From NCBI GenBank assembly GCA_032718475.1, contig JAUCBJ010008501.1, forward strand, positions 1 through 64,000: a DNA stretch of 64,000 nt, read 5' to 3'. The notes under the pieces are model-generated. The model saw only the letters and a list, made by a program, of their open reading frames with translations. It had not been told where the DNA came from and made no database searches. Source of the DNA: Nemertoderma westbladi (Eukaryota; Animalia; Xenacoelomorpha). How positions within the stretch are numbered: the stretch's first letter is position 1; each line of letters begins with the position of its first letter. Positions 13,660-26,546 of the stretch are shown here, piece by piece. The translations under genes were made by a program, and so were the position numbers.

Positions 13660-15732
13660 CATGAGCACGCAGGTACGCTGTATGCTTAGTTGTTTCGAGA
13701 TCACTGCGGAGTGCGCACCTGATATTGACTCGTCGCGCACCTCATCAATCATCATAAAATCCATACAAAATCGCGCAGCTCATGCCAGCGTATGCTTAGT
13801 TGTTTCGAGATCACTGCGGAGTGCGCACCTGATATTGACTCGTCGCGCACCTCATCAATCATCTGATCATCATAAAATCCATATAAAATCGCGCAGCTCA
13901 TGTCAGCTCAGCATGTCATGTCCTGATGTCTGCATGTGATGTGTATCTCAAAAAATCGCGCAGCTCATAAGAACAATTTTACATTCCTTTTTTAGAAGTC
14001 TGCAAGTTCCAAGTTGGAGTTGAGCGTTTCCAGTGTTTTAGCTACGGTATCTTTACAGCTTTATTATTATTATTAAACACGGTGAAATATTATAAAAATG
14101 TTAACACCGGAGAAAAACAACAAGGTACACTTACGGTAAAACCAGGTACACTAATAGTTGAATTGAAATCAGAAAAACACGAATGAATAAAATTAGTGAC
14201 CAATGCATCTTAAGAAAATAAAAACGGACAGTACATACTAAAGAGAGAAATCAAGCGGAAATTTAAACGGAAATGAAGTAAAAATATTGAAATTATGTAT
14301 GTAAATACTATAAACAGTACATTAGAGCAGCATATTATTAAAAATTTACAAATCTTATAAAAACGTAACAATATGCCATATTAAATTAAAAACGTATACA
14401 TGAGTTACAAGTAGTACAGTAGAACAAATGACATTATTACAAATATAGATATAGAAGGCAGATAACAATTAATAGTATGTAGAAATTATAATAGATATGA
14501 TAAAAACATAAAGTAGAACAGATAAAAACATATATTATATTTACAGATGAAATTACAATAATTACACTAAATTCTGGTTAAACTTACAAAAAGAAAGTAG
14601 GTTAATTTCTTTGAGTCTTAGAGAAAATAACAGTTTATTACGGCAATTTACAACTTCAGCTGGAAGCGAGTTCCAAATGGGCACCACTCTATGGGAAAAA
14701 TTATTTTTGCACATCTGCAAGCGCGACTGTCAGACTGTTTATGAAACAGTTTACGGTCGTGACCTCTCAACCCACCCCTAGGGGCCAAGGTAAAGAAGTC
14801 AGCGAAGTTTAGGTCGACTTCGTTGTTCGAAAGAGCGAAGGTCATCTTGAGGTCAAAAATTATGCTGCGCACTTCCAGGGGTTGAAGTTGTAATACGTTA
14901 ATTCGATTCAAATAGCTTACTGTACAATCCAAATTACAACGTTTAAAAAGGCGACGCGTAAAATATCTCTGTACCCGCTCAAGTAAGTCTATACAACCTA
15001 AATGAAAAGGAGACCATATAGGCGTACAGTACTCTAATAAGGGACGCACATAAGATTTAAAAGCCGTAATTAATGCAGAACGATTCGAAGTTAAAAAGCA
15101 CTTGAAAATCAAATTTGTCATTTTTAGGGCCTTGGCAGCTTGTTCGCGACAATAAACATCGAAATTAAGAGAACTACACATTGTAATACCCAGGTCTCTA
15201 CAGGAAGTGTCAATTTTTAAACATTTACCACCTAACATGTACTGCGTATCATTTCGGTCTGCCGAACCGATGTAAAGCACGGTGCACTTATGGTTATGCT
15301 GTTATGAGCAGCAATTTTGAGTTGCCATGTATCAGCCCACTTTTCCAAAGTAGATAACTGTTTGTATGTCAGTATGTTGTAGTACCGGTACAGCGGTACC
15401 GGTCAGCCGGTAGTTAAAATAAATTCAGAAATTCATAAATTTCAACTCCTGTCAGCCTGTAGCGTGTAGGCCTAGGTCTGTAGGTCACAAGGTCAGTAGG
15501 TATTCTGTCAGTCTGTGCAGCTGTGGCAGTGGCTGGTGGCATGGCAGCATGGCTGCATGGTAAAATGACAGAGAGAGACATTTGACTGATTTAAAGATTT
15601 GAAAACGAAAAACAAACGCGAGCGAAGTGAGTGAAATTTTTTTTGTTTATTTTCGTGATTTAAATTAATTTCTGGTCCGTATCAGTATCAGAGCTGCGCG
15701 CTGCTGTGCAACGCTACCGCGCACCTGTCTCA
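13660..15732. mobile_element. Truncated relative of the 49702-53582 element
   Basis: 13665-13990 matches 49725-49870 (gcaggtacgc...gctcgtcgcgcacctcatc...ataagaacaattttacattcc); 15595-15732 matches 53335-53474; internal tandem duplication of about 110 bp at 13679-13905. Confidence 0.7.
14560..15360 (-). mobile_element. CR1/L2-clade LINE 3' fragment
   Basis: RDLGI, KSYVRPLLEYCTPIWSP, LERVQRYFTRR and LRGHDRKL motifs in ORF 14648-15280. Confidence 0.9.
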
Positions 15733-18700
15733 GGGTCATTCCATGCTAATTCGACCAATCGGTGTGGCAAGGGTCGGAAATTTTTGACGAAATTTTAACC
15801 ACTTATCAATTCTAGTGAAAAAACGATGTGGTGAAAATTTCAGCCGATTTGGTTTAGCCATTCTCGAAATATTGATGTTTTAAATTTGGCGAAATTCCAA
15901 AAACCAGTGAAGTACATTATTTGAAGTGGTGTCTACAGTTGATCTGATTATCAGTTTAATGTTAATTGTATGTGATTCTAAATAAACGATGCCTGAACTT
16001 CAATATTTTTATTACTAAATGAATAAACTATTAATCAGAAAGTTGTCAGACGATTTCAAAGTTGCCTCGAAAATGCGAATTTTTGAAAAATGTCCACATT
16101 TGAGACCTCAGTACATTAGTCTGACAACTAGTTTATCTGTTATTTTAGTTTTCCCGGTTAGAGTGACTCATAATGATTCGAATCATATAACTTTAGTAGG
16201 TAAACTGATAATCAGATAGTCTGTATGACTGAATATCTGGGTGAAGAATCTGAAAAATGTCAAAAAATGCAATATTGGAGGCTCTGGTGGAGAGCTCTGA
16301 TTAAAGCTATGTTCATGAGCTTTTTTACCTGACATCTTTGACACAAAATGAGCGCCATGTCAAAATTTGAAGAGTAAACTAGATGTTCTAGAGTGTGTAT
16401 GACTCATTTTAAAATTCTAATAAATTAAAATTTTAAATGGTCCTCAAGGTGGTCTGACAATTAGTTTTTTGATAAAAATACATTTTTTCAAACGATATCC
16501 GGGCAGAAGACTATATTTCAAAATTTAAAGCAAAAACGAACAGTCAGACCCATTATCTGACCTACTATTGAATTATTTCGAGTAAGTATCTGATCACGTG
16601 ATGCTCGAATTCTCGCTCGCTCGATATAAATCGATGTTATCCAACTATTATTATAATATAACAGTATAACAATACATTAATACGAAATATAAATCAAAAC
16701 AGCCAGACAAACAAAATATAATTCGTTTTTGATGTTAAGTAATAGTAGGCCAAATAATAATTAAAATTAATTAAAAATGCCGCAATACGGCAAGTTTTGG
16801 TAAACGGATACATTTTTCAAACGATGTAATAATGACAAAAATACGTCGTAATATAAAACAACAACAGCCAGACACATATATTATTAGTTCGGATTAGTAT
16901 AAGAAATTAATTAGGCCCCTAGTATAAAAATCACAGCTGCTCATTGGCCCAGAGCCGAATGCCTGTATGATGAGGCCTACTCTTCTATGCTAAGTTAAGT
17001 GGGGTATCACAATAAAAAAATATTAAATTCGAATAGTACAGTACATATAAATTTATCCGAACAGTATAAGGCCTTAATGAACTACACAATTCTCTAGTGT
17101 GACCTTCATTTATGAACTGATCAACAGTACTGGTATATAAATTTTGGTCGGTTATTGCACAACAATACTGATAGTTTTTGTAACATGTACATATATTTTT
17201 CAATGATATACGGTAATTAATACGGTGATAATTTACTTAACTACTCTTAAGCTGAACTAGTTTTATTGTTATATTTTTGAAAATTGTAATTTTTTATGTA
17301 TTAATTACCGGTACCGTATATCATTGAAAAATATATGTACATGTTACAAAAACTATAAACTATATATAGTATTGATAAAGTATAATATAAAACTATAAAG
17401 TATTGTTGTGCAATAACCGACCAAAATTTATATACCAGTACTGTTGATCAGTTCATAAATTAAGGTCAGACTAGAGAATTGTGTAGTTCATTAAGGCCTT
17501 ATATTGTTCGGATAAATTTACATGTAGTGTACTATTCGAATTTAATATTTTTTTTATTGTGATACCCCACTTAACTTAGCATAGAAGAGTAGGCCTCATC
17601 ATACAGGCATTCGGCTCTGCCCTCTGGGCCAATGAGCAGCTGTTATTTTTATAGTAGGGGCCTAATTAATTTCTTATACTAATCCGAACTAATAATATAT
17701 GTGTCTGGCTGTTGTTGTTTTATATTACGACGTATTTTTGTCATTATTACATCGTTTGAAAAATGTATCCGTTTACCAAAACTTTCCATATTGCGGCATT
17801 TTTAATTAATTTTAATTATTATTTGGCCTACTATTACTTAATATCAAACACGAATTATATTTTGTTTGTCTGGCTGTTTTGATTTATATTTCGAATTAAT
17901 GTATTGTTATACTGTTATATTATAATAATAGTTGGATAAAATCGATTTATATCGAGCGAGCGAGAATTCGAGCAGCACGTGATCAGATACTTACTCGAAA
18001 TAATTCAATAGTAGGTCAGATAATGGGTCTGACTGTTAGTTTTTGCTTTAAATTTTGAAACATAGTCTTCTGCCCGGATATCGTTTGAAAAAATGTATTT
18101 TTATCAAAAAACCAATTGTCAGACCACCTTGAGGACCATTTAAAATTTTAATTTATTAGAATTTTAAAATGAGTCATACACGCTCTAGAACATCTAGTTT
18201 ACTCTTCAAATTTTGACATGGCGCTCATTTTGTGTCAAAGATGGCAGGTAAAAAAGCTCATGAACATAGCTATAATCAGAGCTCTCCACCAGAGCCTCCA
18301 ATATTGCATTTTTTGACATTTTTCAGATTCTTCACCCAGATATTCAGTCATACAGACTATCTGATTATCAGTTTACCTACTAAAGTTATATGATTCGAAT
18401 CATTATGAGTCACTCTAACCGGGAAAACTAAAATAACAGATAAACTAATTGTCAGACTAATGTACTGAGGTCTCAAATGTGGACATTTTTCAAAAATTCG
18501 CATTTTTGAGGCAACTTTGAAATCGTCTGACAACTTTCTGATTAATAGTTTATTCATTTAGTAATAAAAATATTGAAGTTCAGGCATCGTTTATTTAGAA
18601 TCACATACAATTGACATTAAACTGATAATCAGATCAACTGCAGACACCACTTCAAATAATGTACTTCACTGGTTTTTGGAATTTCGCCAAATTTAAAACA

Positions 18701-18843
18701 TCAATATCTCGAGAACGGCTAAACCAAATCGGCTGAAATTTTCACCACATCGTTTTTTCACTAGAGTTGATAAGTGGTTAAAATTTCGTCAAAAATTTCC
18801 GACCCTTGCCACACCGATTGGTCGAATTAGCATGGAATGACCC
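15733..18843. mobile_element. Foldback element: about 1.49-kb near-identical inverted arms around a spacer of about 75 bp
   Basis: Termini GGGTCATTCCATGCTAATTCGACC ... GGTCGAATTAGCATGGAATGACCC; mirror ORFs 16019+ and 18357- differ by one residue; spacer about 17224-17298; no TSD seen. Confidence 0.93.
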
Positions 18844-19760
18844 AATTACCAGTGCTGTATGTAGAGATATGACAGTATGAGCTTCTGATTCTGTTATTCC
18901 ATTTCTGCATTTGTCTGATAATCAGATACCTGACTGCCTGATATATACCATATACCTGTAGGCCTATACCGATACTTGCCTAACAACTCAACCCTACCAG
19001 ACAGCCAGACCTGAAATGAAAAATCATTGTTATCAGGACTTCTACACGTAGCACCAGCACCTACTGACCTACGTCAGTACTGCACTACGTGTAGTCTCAA
19101 AATACCTACGCGTTGTTCCAAAATACCTACGCGTCTGCGCGTAATTGTTAAAAAGGCAGGATGTCTCGATGTCTGGCTCTACCAGTCTACCGGTCGGTAA
19201 ATGACAGGAATGGAACGCGTAGGTCGAAAAGATTTACTCGGCTGGTAGGTCTAGTCTAGGTACTGCAGCTGCAGTACTGTCACTGTCTGACTGTGATATA
19301 GCCTAGCTACCAAGGACAGAAGGACTACCTACCAGTAAGGGGGTAGGCAGTAGGTACCTCCTGAAGTGGTTAGTCTGTCAGTCCTTAATACAGCAAATAC
19401 GTTTACCCATAATCTGATAATACTGTAATAGTTCTGTAGTTCAGTAGTTAGGGCTCGATCGGAGTTTTTATTTTGCTGGAGCCGGAGCCGGAGTGGAAAA
19501 AAAATTGCCGGAGTTTGACCGGAGCCGGAGTTTCTTTCCCTATGTGTATTTTCCCTATCAGCCTATATCCGGGCCGGGTCGCCGTCGTTCGTTAGTACTC
19601 ATATCCGGGTCGCCTACTCGCCGTCGTCGTTACTCATATCCGGGCACTGGGTCGCCGTCGTTGGTACTTATACTGTTATATCCTGGTCGCGGACAGAACT
19701 CGTTGCATCATTCTCAGTCCATTTCCCTTCCAGAATTATAGTACATATAGGCCTAGCAGT

Positions 19761-22510
19761 CAGTCAGGGAGATCATCAAATTTGAGAATACCTCAAATTT
19801 CAAATTATAGACCCAATTTTGGAATTACCTCAAATTTAATACAAGGTTAGGTTAATTCTCTAAATTTGAGTTTTACCCCAAATTTGAATTTCATAGCAGC
19901 ATAGTCAGATACAGACAGAAGTCATAGTTGGCCTAGTTCAATAGTTGTTAGCTTGTTACTGTCACTGTATTGCAAAGGTAAATAAACTGATGTAGGCCTA
20001 GTGTCTGAGTGTTGTGAAATATAATATTTAAAACATATACAGTATTAGTTTAAAAAAGGCTTATACTTAAAAAGGCTAACTGGTAGGGTGAGGGGTGCAG
20101 TGCAGCAGTGGGGTGGTATGATCAGATGGTAGACATATAAGACGAAGTATAGAGCTTAAAGAACTTATATTTTTATATTGTTACTTTTCGCTTGAATATG
20201 CTCTAAAATCGGGAGAAAAAGTAGTAGGCCTACTTTTTTTTTCCTACTGGCAGACTGGTAGGGAAAAAGTTGTCCCCATAATATCTGAATATTGTAACTT
20301 TTTGTTGGCACAGCTTTTGCAAAGTCGGCAACACAGCAACCTGCAATAATATTGAATATATTGCCACATAATAATGTACCATAGAGCCATAATTTTGCAT
20401 TGATTTTACTTTTTCTCCCAGTAAAAAAAGTAAAATAAAACATTGGCACTTGTGTCAAATAGGGGACCCTCCTAGCTCCTAATCTTATAATCCTGAAATC
20501 CTCTAAACTAAAGTCACTTTCACTAGTGCCCGGTTACAGGGTTAGCAAAGGAGCAGGTTCAGAGGTTACAGAGGTGAGTTGAAAGTAACCAAAAAACAAT
20601 AAACAAGAGTTAGGAATATTGATATGACCTGCACTACATTTCAGGATTAGCTGGTGATTTCAGGGTTAGCAGATTAGGAGGGTCACCTATTTGATTTGAC
20701 ACAAGTGCCAACACATTTTTGGTGGAATTTCTAAAATTTCATTGAATGTCTGAATGTGTTGATCAAAATTTTTGATCGAAATTTGAGCAAAATCCATCCC
20801 TACACACTATTGCAATGCAACTTTAGTGCCTGCAAGGTGTACTACAGAAATGAGATAAAGCCTCGAGAATAGGTTAGTGAAAAAGGTTATACTTTTTGCT
20901 CAAGTTATAAATAATTCTGGTTCCTCATAAGGTCAATTTAAAAGGATGTATGTACTATGTATGTATAGTATAAACAAACAGATTTCTAAAACATTTCAGA
21001 TGTCTTGATAAGAAAGCAGAGTCTAAAGACTGTTTAAAAGAATAGCGATTAGTGATGATGATGTTTATACTGTGTTCCAGGTCCATCATGTTCCATATGT
21101 TAATGACCCTGATAAAGAAGAGGTGATGTATGGAACATGCAGATGGGCGGGGCATGGCCTTTGCTTCATAATTTTATATATATGGCCAGGTCATGATTGC
21201 ATTGGATGTCTGGCTGGGATATTAAAATAGTCTGCGAGGATGTTGCACATTGTTGTAATGGAGGATCAGGTTTAGATCTTTACATATAAGTTTAAAGCAC
21301 ATTATCAAATTGAACTTTAATTGATGTATACTGCAGTAGGTAGTGGTTCCAACTTTAGAGTCTCCAGTCGTATAGAATAACTAACAAAAGAATCAAGTCC
21401 ACATATATTGAATAAACAACGTCAACCTTTGCGGCAACATTTGTCTAGAAATAGGCTCCAAACTGTGGAAGAATGATGGTACAGTATTCCAATTGACAGA
21501 TAGAGCTAGGGCAGGCGAATATTACATAAGTCTTCAGGCTGTCAGGAGAGAGCTTCATTTGATATACAAAGTTTTAAAGAGGACATCAACAACCAGAAAA
21601 CATATTTTTTCTGAATATGTGTGATATGAATGATGAACAGAAGCGATATGTAAACTTCCAAATTCTGGAATTGATTCAACATCTACAAGATATAGTAGGC
21701 CTTCCTGAGTCTGTGCAGCTGTGTGAGCTTGAATCTCGCAACAGTGAGGATTTGGTCTATTTTTTTCCGAAGATGTGTGATATGAATGATGAACAGAACC
21801 GATGAATGCCAGCATATGTAAACTTCCAAATTCTGGAATTGATTCAACATCTACAAGATATAGTAGGCGTTCCTGAGTCTGTGACGGTGCAGCTGTGTGA
21901 GCTTGAATCTCTCAACAGTGAGGATTTGGTCTACTTTTCTTCTTACCAACAGTAAGGCTGTAAGGATACGGTAGCGAATTTCTCTAGTCTTCTGCATTTT
22001 TATCACCAATCATTAAAGTTATTGACTGTAAGTTGCTGTGCTGTAAGGTTAAGCCTACCCTGCATACATGTCATGCAGTCATGTCACAGGTTACACTGGT
22101 CACCCATTCTCACCAAGCCTATAAGCACTAAGCACAGAAGCAGGGAAGCAGCAAAGCCTACTGCTACATACACCCTACTGCTGGCAGGCTGGTGATGTTG
22201 TAAAGACTGGCGAAATTTGAGGTTTTGTCTCAAATTTGAGGTTTAACCTCAAATTTCAATTTTCGCCCCCAATAAAAGCATGTTTGCATCGGTGAAATAT
22301 TTTATTGCATCGATAAAAGTTCTTATTTTACATTATATTTTAACATATTAAAAGTAGAAGTTGCTCCAACAGTTTCCCTAAGTCGCAGCAACACTCGATA
22401 TTATGAGCCTAAAAATACCTCAAATTTGAACAAAAAACCCAAATTTTCGACAGTCTATTACCAGAATTCGAAATTTGGGGTAACCCCAAAATTGATGATC
22501 TCCCTGACTG
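19761..22510. mobile_element. Unclassified non-autonomous TIR element with a 5-bp TSD
   Basis: 19-bp TIR CAGTCAGGGAGATCATCAA ... TTGATGATCTCCCTGACTG; GCAGT on both sides; CTCAAATTTG-type subterminal repeats at both ends. Confidence 0.8.
20950..21560 (-). pseudogene. Highly decayed CR1-like LINE fragment
   Basis: FFIRVINIWN motif and frameshifted remnants of the LEY/WSP region. Confidence 0.55.
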
Positions 22511-22527
22511 GCAGTAGGGCCTATAGC

Positions 22528-24126
22528 CACACCACCCTTGAGTGGACATCTTGGTGAAGAAAAATGAACGCCAATTCTGTTTGCATATTTATGTAAGGTT
22601 TGGTGCCCTGAGTCAAAAAAAGGAAAAACGAAAATATTTCCTGGAGCCCTTTTAAAATTATTTAGTAATTAAATTATTAACTAATATTACTAATATTAAA
22701 TTTATTTAAAATAAATGAACAGACTAAATTCTTATCATGTTATGTTGGCAATGTTGCATGGAATCCAAAAAATGAAAAACAATATTAATTGGCGGAGTCC
22801 ATTTGTAATTATTTAATAATTAAATTATTAAATAATATTAATAATATTACTAACGTTAAATTACAATGAACTTTCGAAATACTTAATAACTCTTCTTCGC
22901 AAAGTTTCTTGAAGTCCAAAATATGGAATGAAGGAAATGGTTGAGTCCGTTTTTGATTAATATTTATTAGTTAAATTATATTATTAATTAAATAATTATA
23001 TTTTAACTAAATTAATGGACGAAATATAAGGCGTAGTGTGCTAGCTATGTTGCATAAGTTTTATAAATAGTGAAGGAAAATAATTGGCAGGGTCAATTTA
23101 TCACTACTGTTTAATGTTTTTGTAATCCAGATATTATAAACAAAAACATAAATATATATAGAAATATATATATACTGTAGGAAATCACACATGTTTTGAA
23201 TTGTATTCTGCTGTAGCTCGTAACAATTGCTCCCCATATTTAGGGTGGTTATCTCCTACTTTAAATTTTGCCCAAGTTGCCTCAAAATCGGCATGTACAG
23301 ATTCAGAAGCCTGTTTGCTGAAATATCTCAGGCCCAACTTCCGACTACTACAAAATTGTTCTACAAGAAAAAATACTGCGTGAACTTTTGGTGTAATACT
23401 GATCTTCAATTCCATGTATAGTTTGCGAAATTCAGCCACAGTTTCAATATAGTTTGGTTTGAGCCTTGGTGATTTCCTACAGTATATATATTTCTATATA
23501 TATTTCTGTTTTGTTTATAATATCTGGATTACATAAACATTAAACAGTAGTGATAAATTGACCCTGCCAATTATTTTCCTTCACTATTTATAAAACTTAT
23601 GCAACATATCTAGCACACTACGCCTTATATTTCGTCCATTAATTTAGTTAAAATATAGTTATTTTATCAATAATATAATTTAACTAATAAATATTAATCA
23701 AAAACGGACTCAACCATTTCCTTCATTCCATATTTTGGACTTCAAGAAACTTTGCGAAGATGAGTTATTAAGTATTTCGAAAGTTCATTGTAATTTAATG
23801 TTAGTAATATTATTAATATTATTTAATAATTTAATTATTAAATAATTACAAATGGACTCCGCCAATTAATATTGTTTTTCATTTTTTGGATTCCATGCAA
23901 CATTGCCAACATAACATTATAAGAATTTAGTCTGTTCATTTATTTTAAATAAATTTAATATTAGTAATATTAGTTAATAATTTAATTACTAAATAATTTT
24001 AAAAGGGCTCCGGGAAATATTTTCGTTTTTCCTTTTTTTGACTCAGGGCACCAAACCTTACTTAAATTTCCAAACAGAATTGGCGTTCATTTTTCTTCAC
24101 CAAGATGTCGACTCAAGGGTGGTGTG
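22528..24126. mobile_element. Chapaev-like (CMC/Transib-related) deletion derivative with about 655-bp TIRs
   Basis: Termini CACACCACCCTTGAG ... CTCAAGGGTGGTGTG; 4-bp TSD TAGC; the loop holds a transposase C-terminus ITPKVHAV...FSKQASESVHADF (ORF 23185-23439, minus). Confidence 0.85.
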
Positions 24127-24212
24127 TAGCTGTATAGTCAGATAGTAGTACAGTAGCTTGAGGTGCGGGATTGTCAGACTGTGTATTCAAGCTGTCAGGT
24201 AGGCCTACCGCT

Positions 24213-25757
24213 GAGGTAGAATAAAACGTCTGTCCTTATCTGATCTGATCTGATCTGACAGCATCTGATTCTATAACCAATCAGGAGAAAGAGATATAAT
24301 ATTTACCTAACTGTCTGTTAGGTAAATAGCCAATAGCTGACAGGCTGAATAGGGGATCACGTTTCAGGTTGCCTGTTACGTATCAGTATCATCATATGAA
24401 GTAGCAGTACAGGCATATCGGTATCATCTAAATGCACAAAGGCATGTTATTATATATTAAAAATGCGATATACAGTAGGATGAAGGATGGCGGATATGAA
24501 AGTTGTGTGATTGTCCCAGCAAAGATGGATAGTTTCAGATGTAAACAACTTTCGTAGATTTAGTTGGTGTTGAAACATTAAACTTTTATTAAAAATAATA
24601 CAGCCTTTGCTGCAATATTTGTTTCGTAAATCTTTCTTGTTAATAGTTATCTGTTAAATGTTAGTTTCTAGTTATCATTATTAATAGTTAAAGTTAATTA
24701 TATTAATTATAATTAATATTATTAATTAAGTACGGTAATGATTCTTATTAATATATTACATTTAAAATATGTATGAAATTTAAGAATTTTATTAATTTTA
24801 CTATTTATTAAAGAATATGGGAAGGTGGATGGGAATGTGGGAATTTATAAACACTTATTACCTTCCAATTGAAGGAAAAGAGCAGGTTACAGCGGCTGTA
24901 ATTTCTAACCAAAACAATAAACGACGTTGTTACCTACAAATTGGGAAAGGAGCAGGTTACCGAGACAGGGTTTTCTAACCAAAACAAACGATTTTGTTAC
25001 CTGGTATTCTTCACATGGGCGAAGAATACCAGACTTTCTGCCGTTTTATTTCACTTTGCAGTTACCCCTATGTGAAGAATACTAGGTTTTCACCAAAAAC
25101 ACAGGTTACAGAAGGGCTGAATATAACCAAAACAATAAACGAATTAGTATATGTGCAGGTTACTGTATAAGACATAAATAAGCTCTATAATACACTCAAT
25201 AAAGATAAATTAAAAAAGAATTAAAATCTTCAAATATAAAATTCCAATAAAAGTCGACCGAAAAGTGAAATCCTGGTATTCTTCACATGGGCGGTATTCT
25301 TCACATGGACCGACACCAAAATTTGGCACCAGCCGCTAAAAACAAATTTAAAATTTCTAGCTTATTTTATTTGAATTCCTTTTATAGTTCGTTTCAGTTA
25401 GTCTTTTAGTTAGTATCATTAGTTTCAGAGCGGGAAGTATTATATTGACACCCCCCCCCCCCCCCCCGGGTTTAAGGGGAATACCGGGGAAACTTCACAT
25501 GCTGACATAGGCAGAAAGTCCAGTACTCATTTAGCTACCATTTAAGGATGCAAGGCAGAGATGCCTCGCTAAACCCTTCAAAACATTCGTGCCGAAACGA
25601 AAACTACCTTGGCCCCATGCTGGGGTTGAACCCACAACCTCCGAGAGATGTGAATTCAATATAACCACTACACCAAGGTGCGCTCTGAACCAAGGTGGAA
25701 CAAGTGTCAGATACCGTCAGATCAGATCAGATAAGGACAGACGTTTTAGCCATCCTA
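24213..25757. mobile_element. Non-autonomous Mutator-like (MULE) element, copy 1
   Basis: TIR core AAAACGTCTGTCCTTATCTGATCTGATCTGA at both ends; perfect 9-bp TSD CCTACCGCT (24204-24212, 25758-25766). Confidence 0.85.
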
Positions 25758-26546
25758 CCTACCGCTACCAGTACAGCAGTTCCGGAATTAGATTAAGTCA
25801 GTGAGTACAGAAGTCAGGAAGTAGTACCGGTACTACTGTACTGCTGTAGTACGTAGTACTACCAGTACCAGCCTGCCAGTAAATCTAAGTTATTTAGTAT
25901 TACACTGCTCTACCAGTCTACTGTAGTATAGTAATACTTAAATAATAGTAGTATCAAAGTAGTACAGTCACTGATTGTCAGTCAGACAGTACTGCAGTAC
26001 TACCGGTACTGGACAGCTGGAGTAGGCTATTGGCTGATTGGAGAGCCGTACAGTGGAATATACTGCTGCCATATGCCTATCTGCCTATACAGCTATACTA
26101 GCCTATATATTATGTATTATGTACATTAATATAAAACATACATTATTAAAAAAACTCCGGCTCCGGTGATTTTTCTAACTCGCTCCGGTTCGGAGCCGGC
26201 TGTAAGAAACTCCGGCCGGAGCCGGAACTCCGATCGAGCCCTAGTAATAGTAATAAGCGCTCTAATCGGTTTGCGTAAGTTATAACTACAAACTACTGAA
26301 CTAGTTCGGCTCATGAATGCTGAACATCAACTTGCCGGAGCCGGAGCCGGACAAGCTTGTCCGGCCCGGAGCCGGAGCTCCGGTTGAACCCTACTATGTA
26401 CCATGTACCTAGGCTAAGGCTACCTTTTAACTGTGAAGTAAACCTGTTTCATGTTACTTAGGCCTACTAACTGACTAACTACTATACTACAGTACCGGTA
26501 CCGGTATGTGATGCCCGTGTATATCAGTATATGTATCTGGGAATAA

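Larger units (their letters stand above)
19449..26243. mobile_element. Probable outer hAT-like element hosting three nested insertions
   Basis: Perfect 18-bp TIR TAGGGCTCGATCGGAGTT; GGAGCC subterminal repeats at both ends; 8-bp flanks only partly match (TCAGTAGT / GTAATAGT). Confidence 0.55.
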
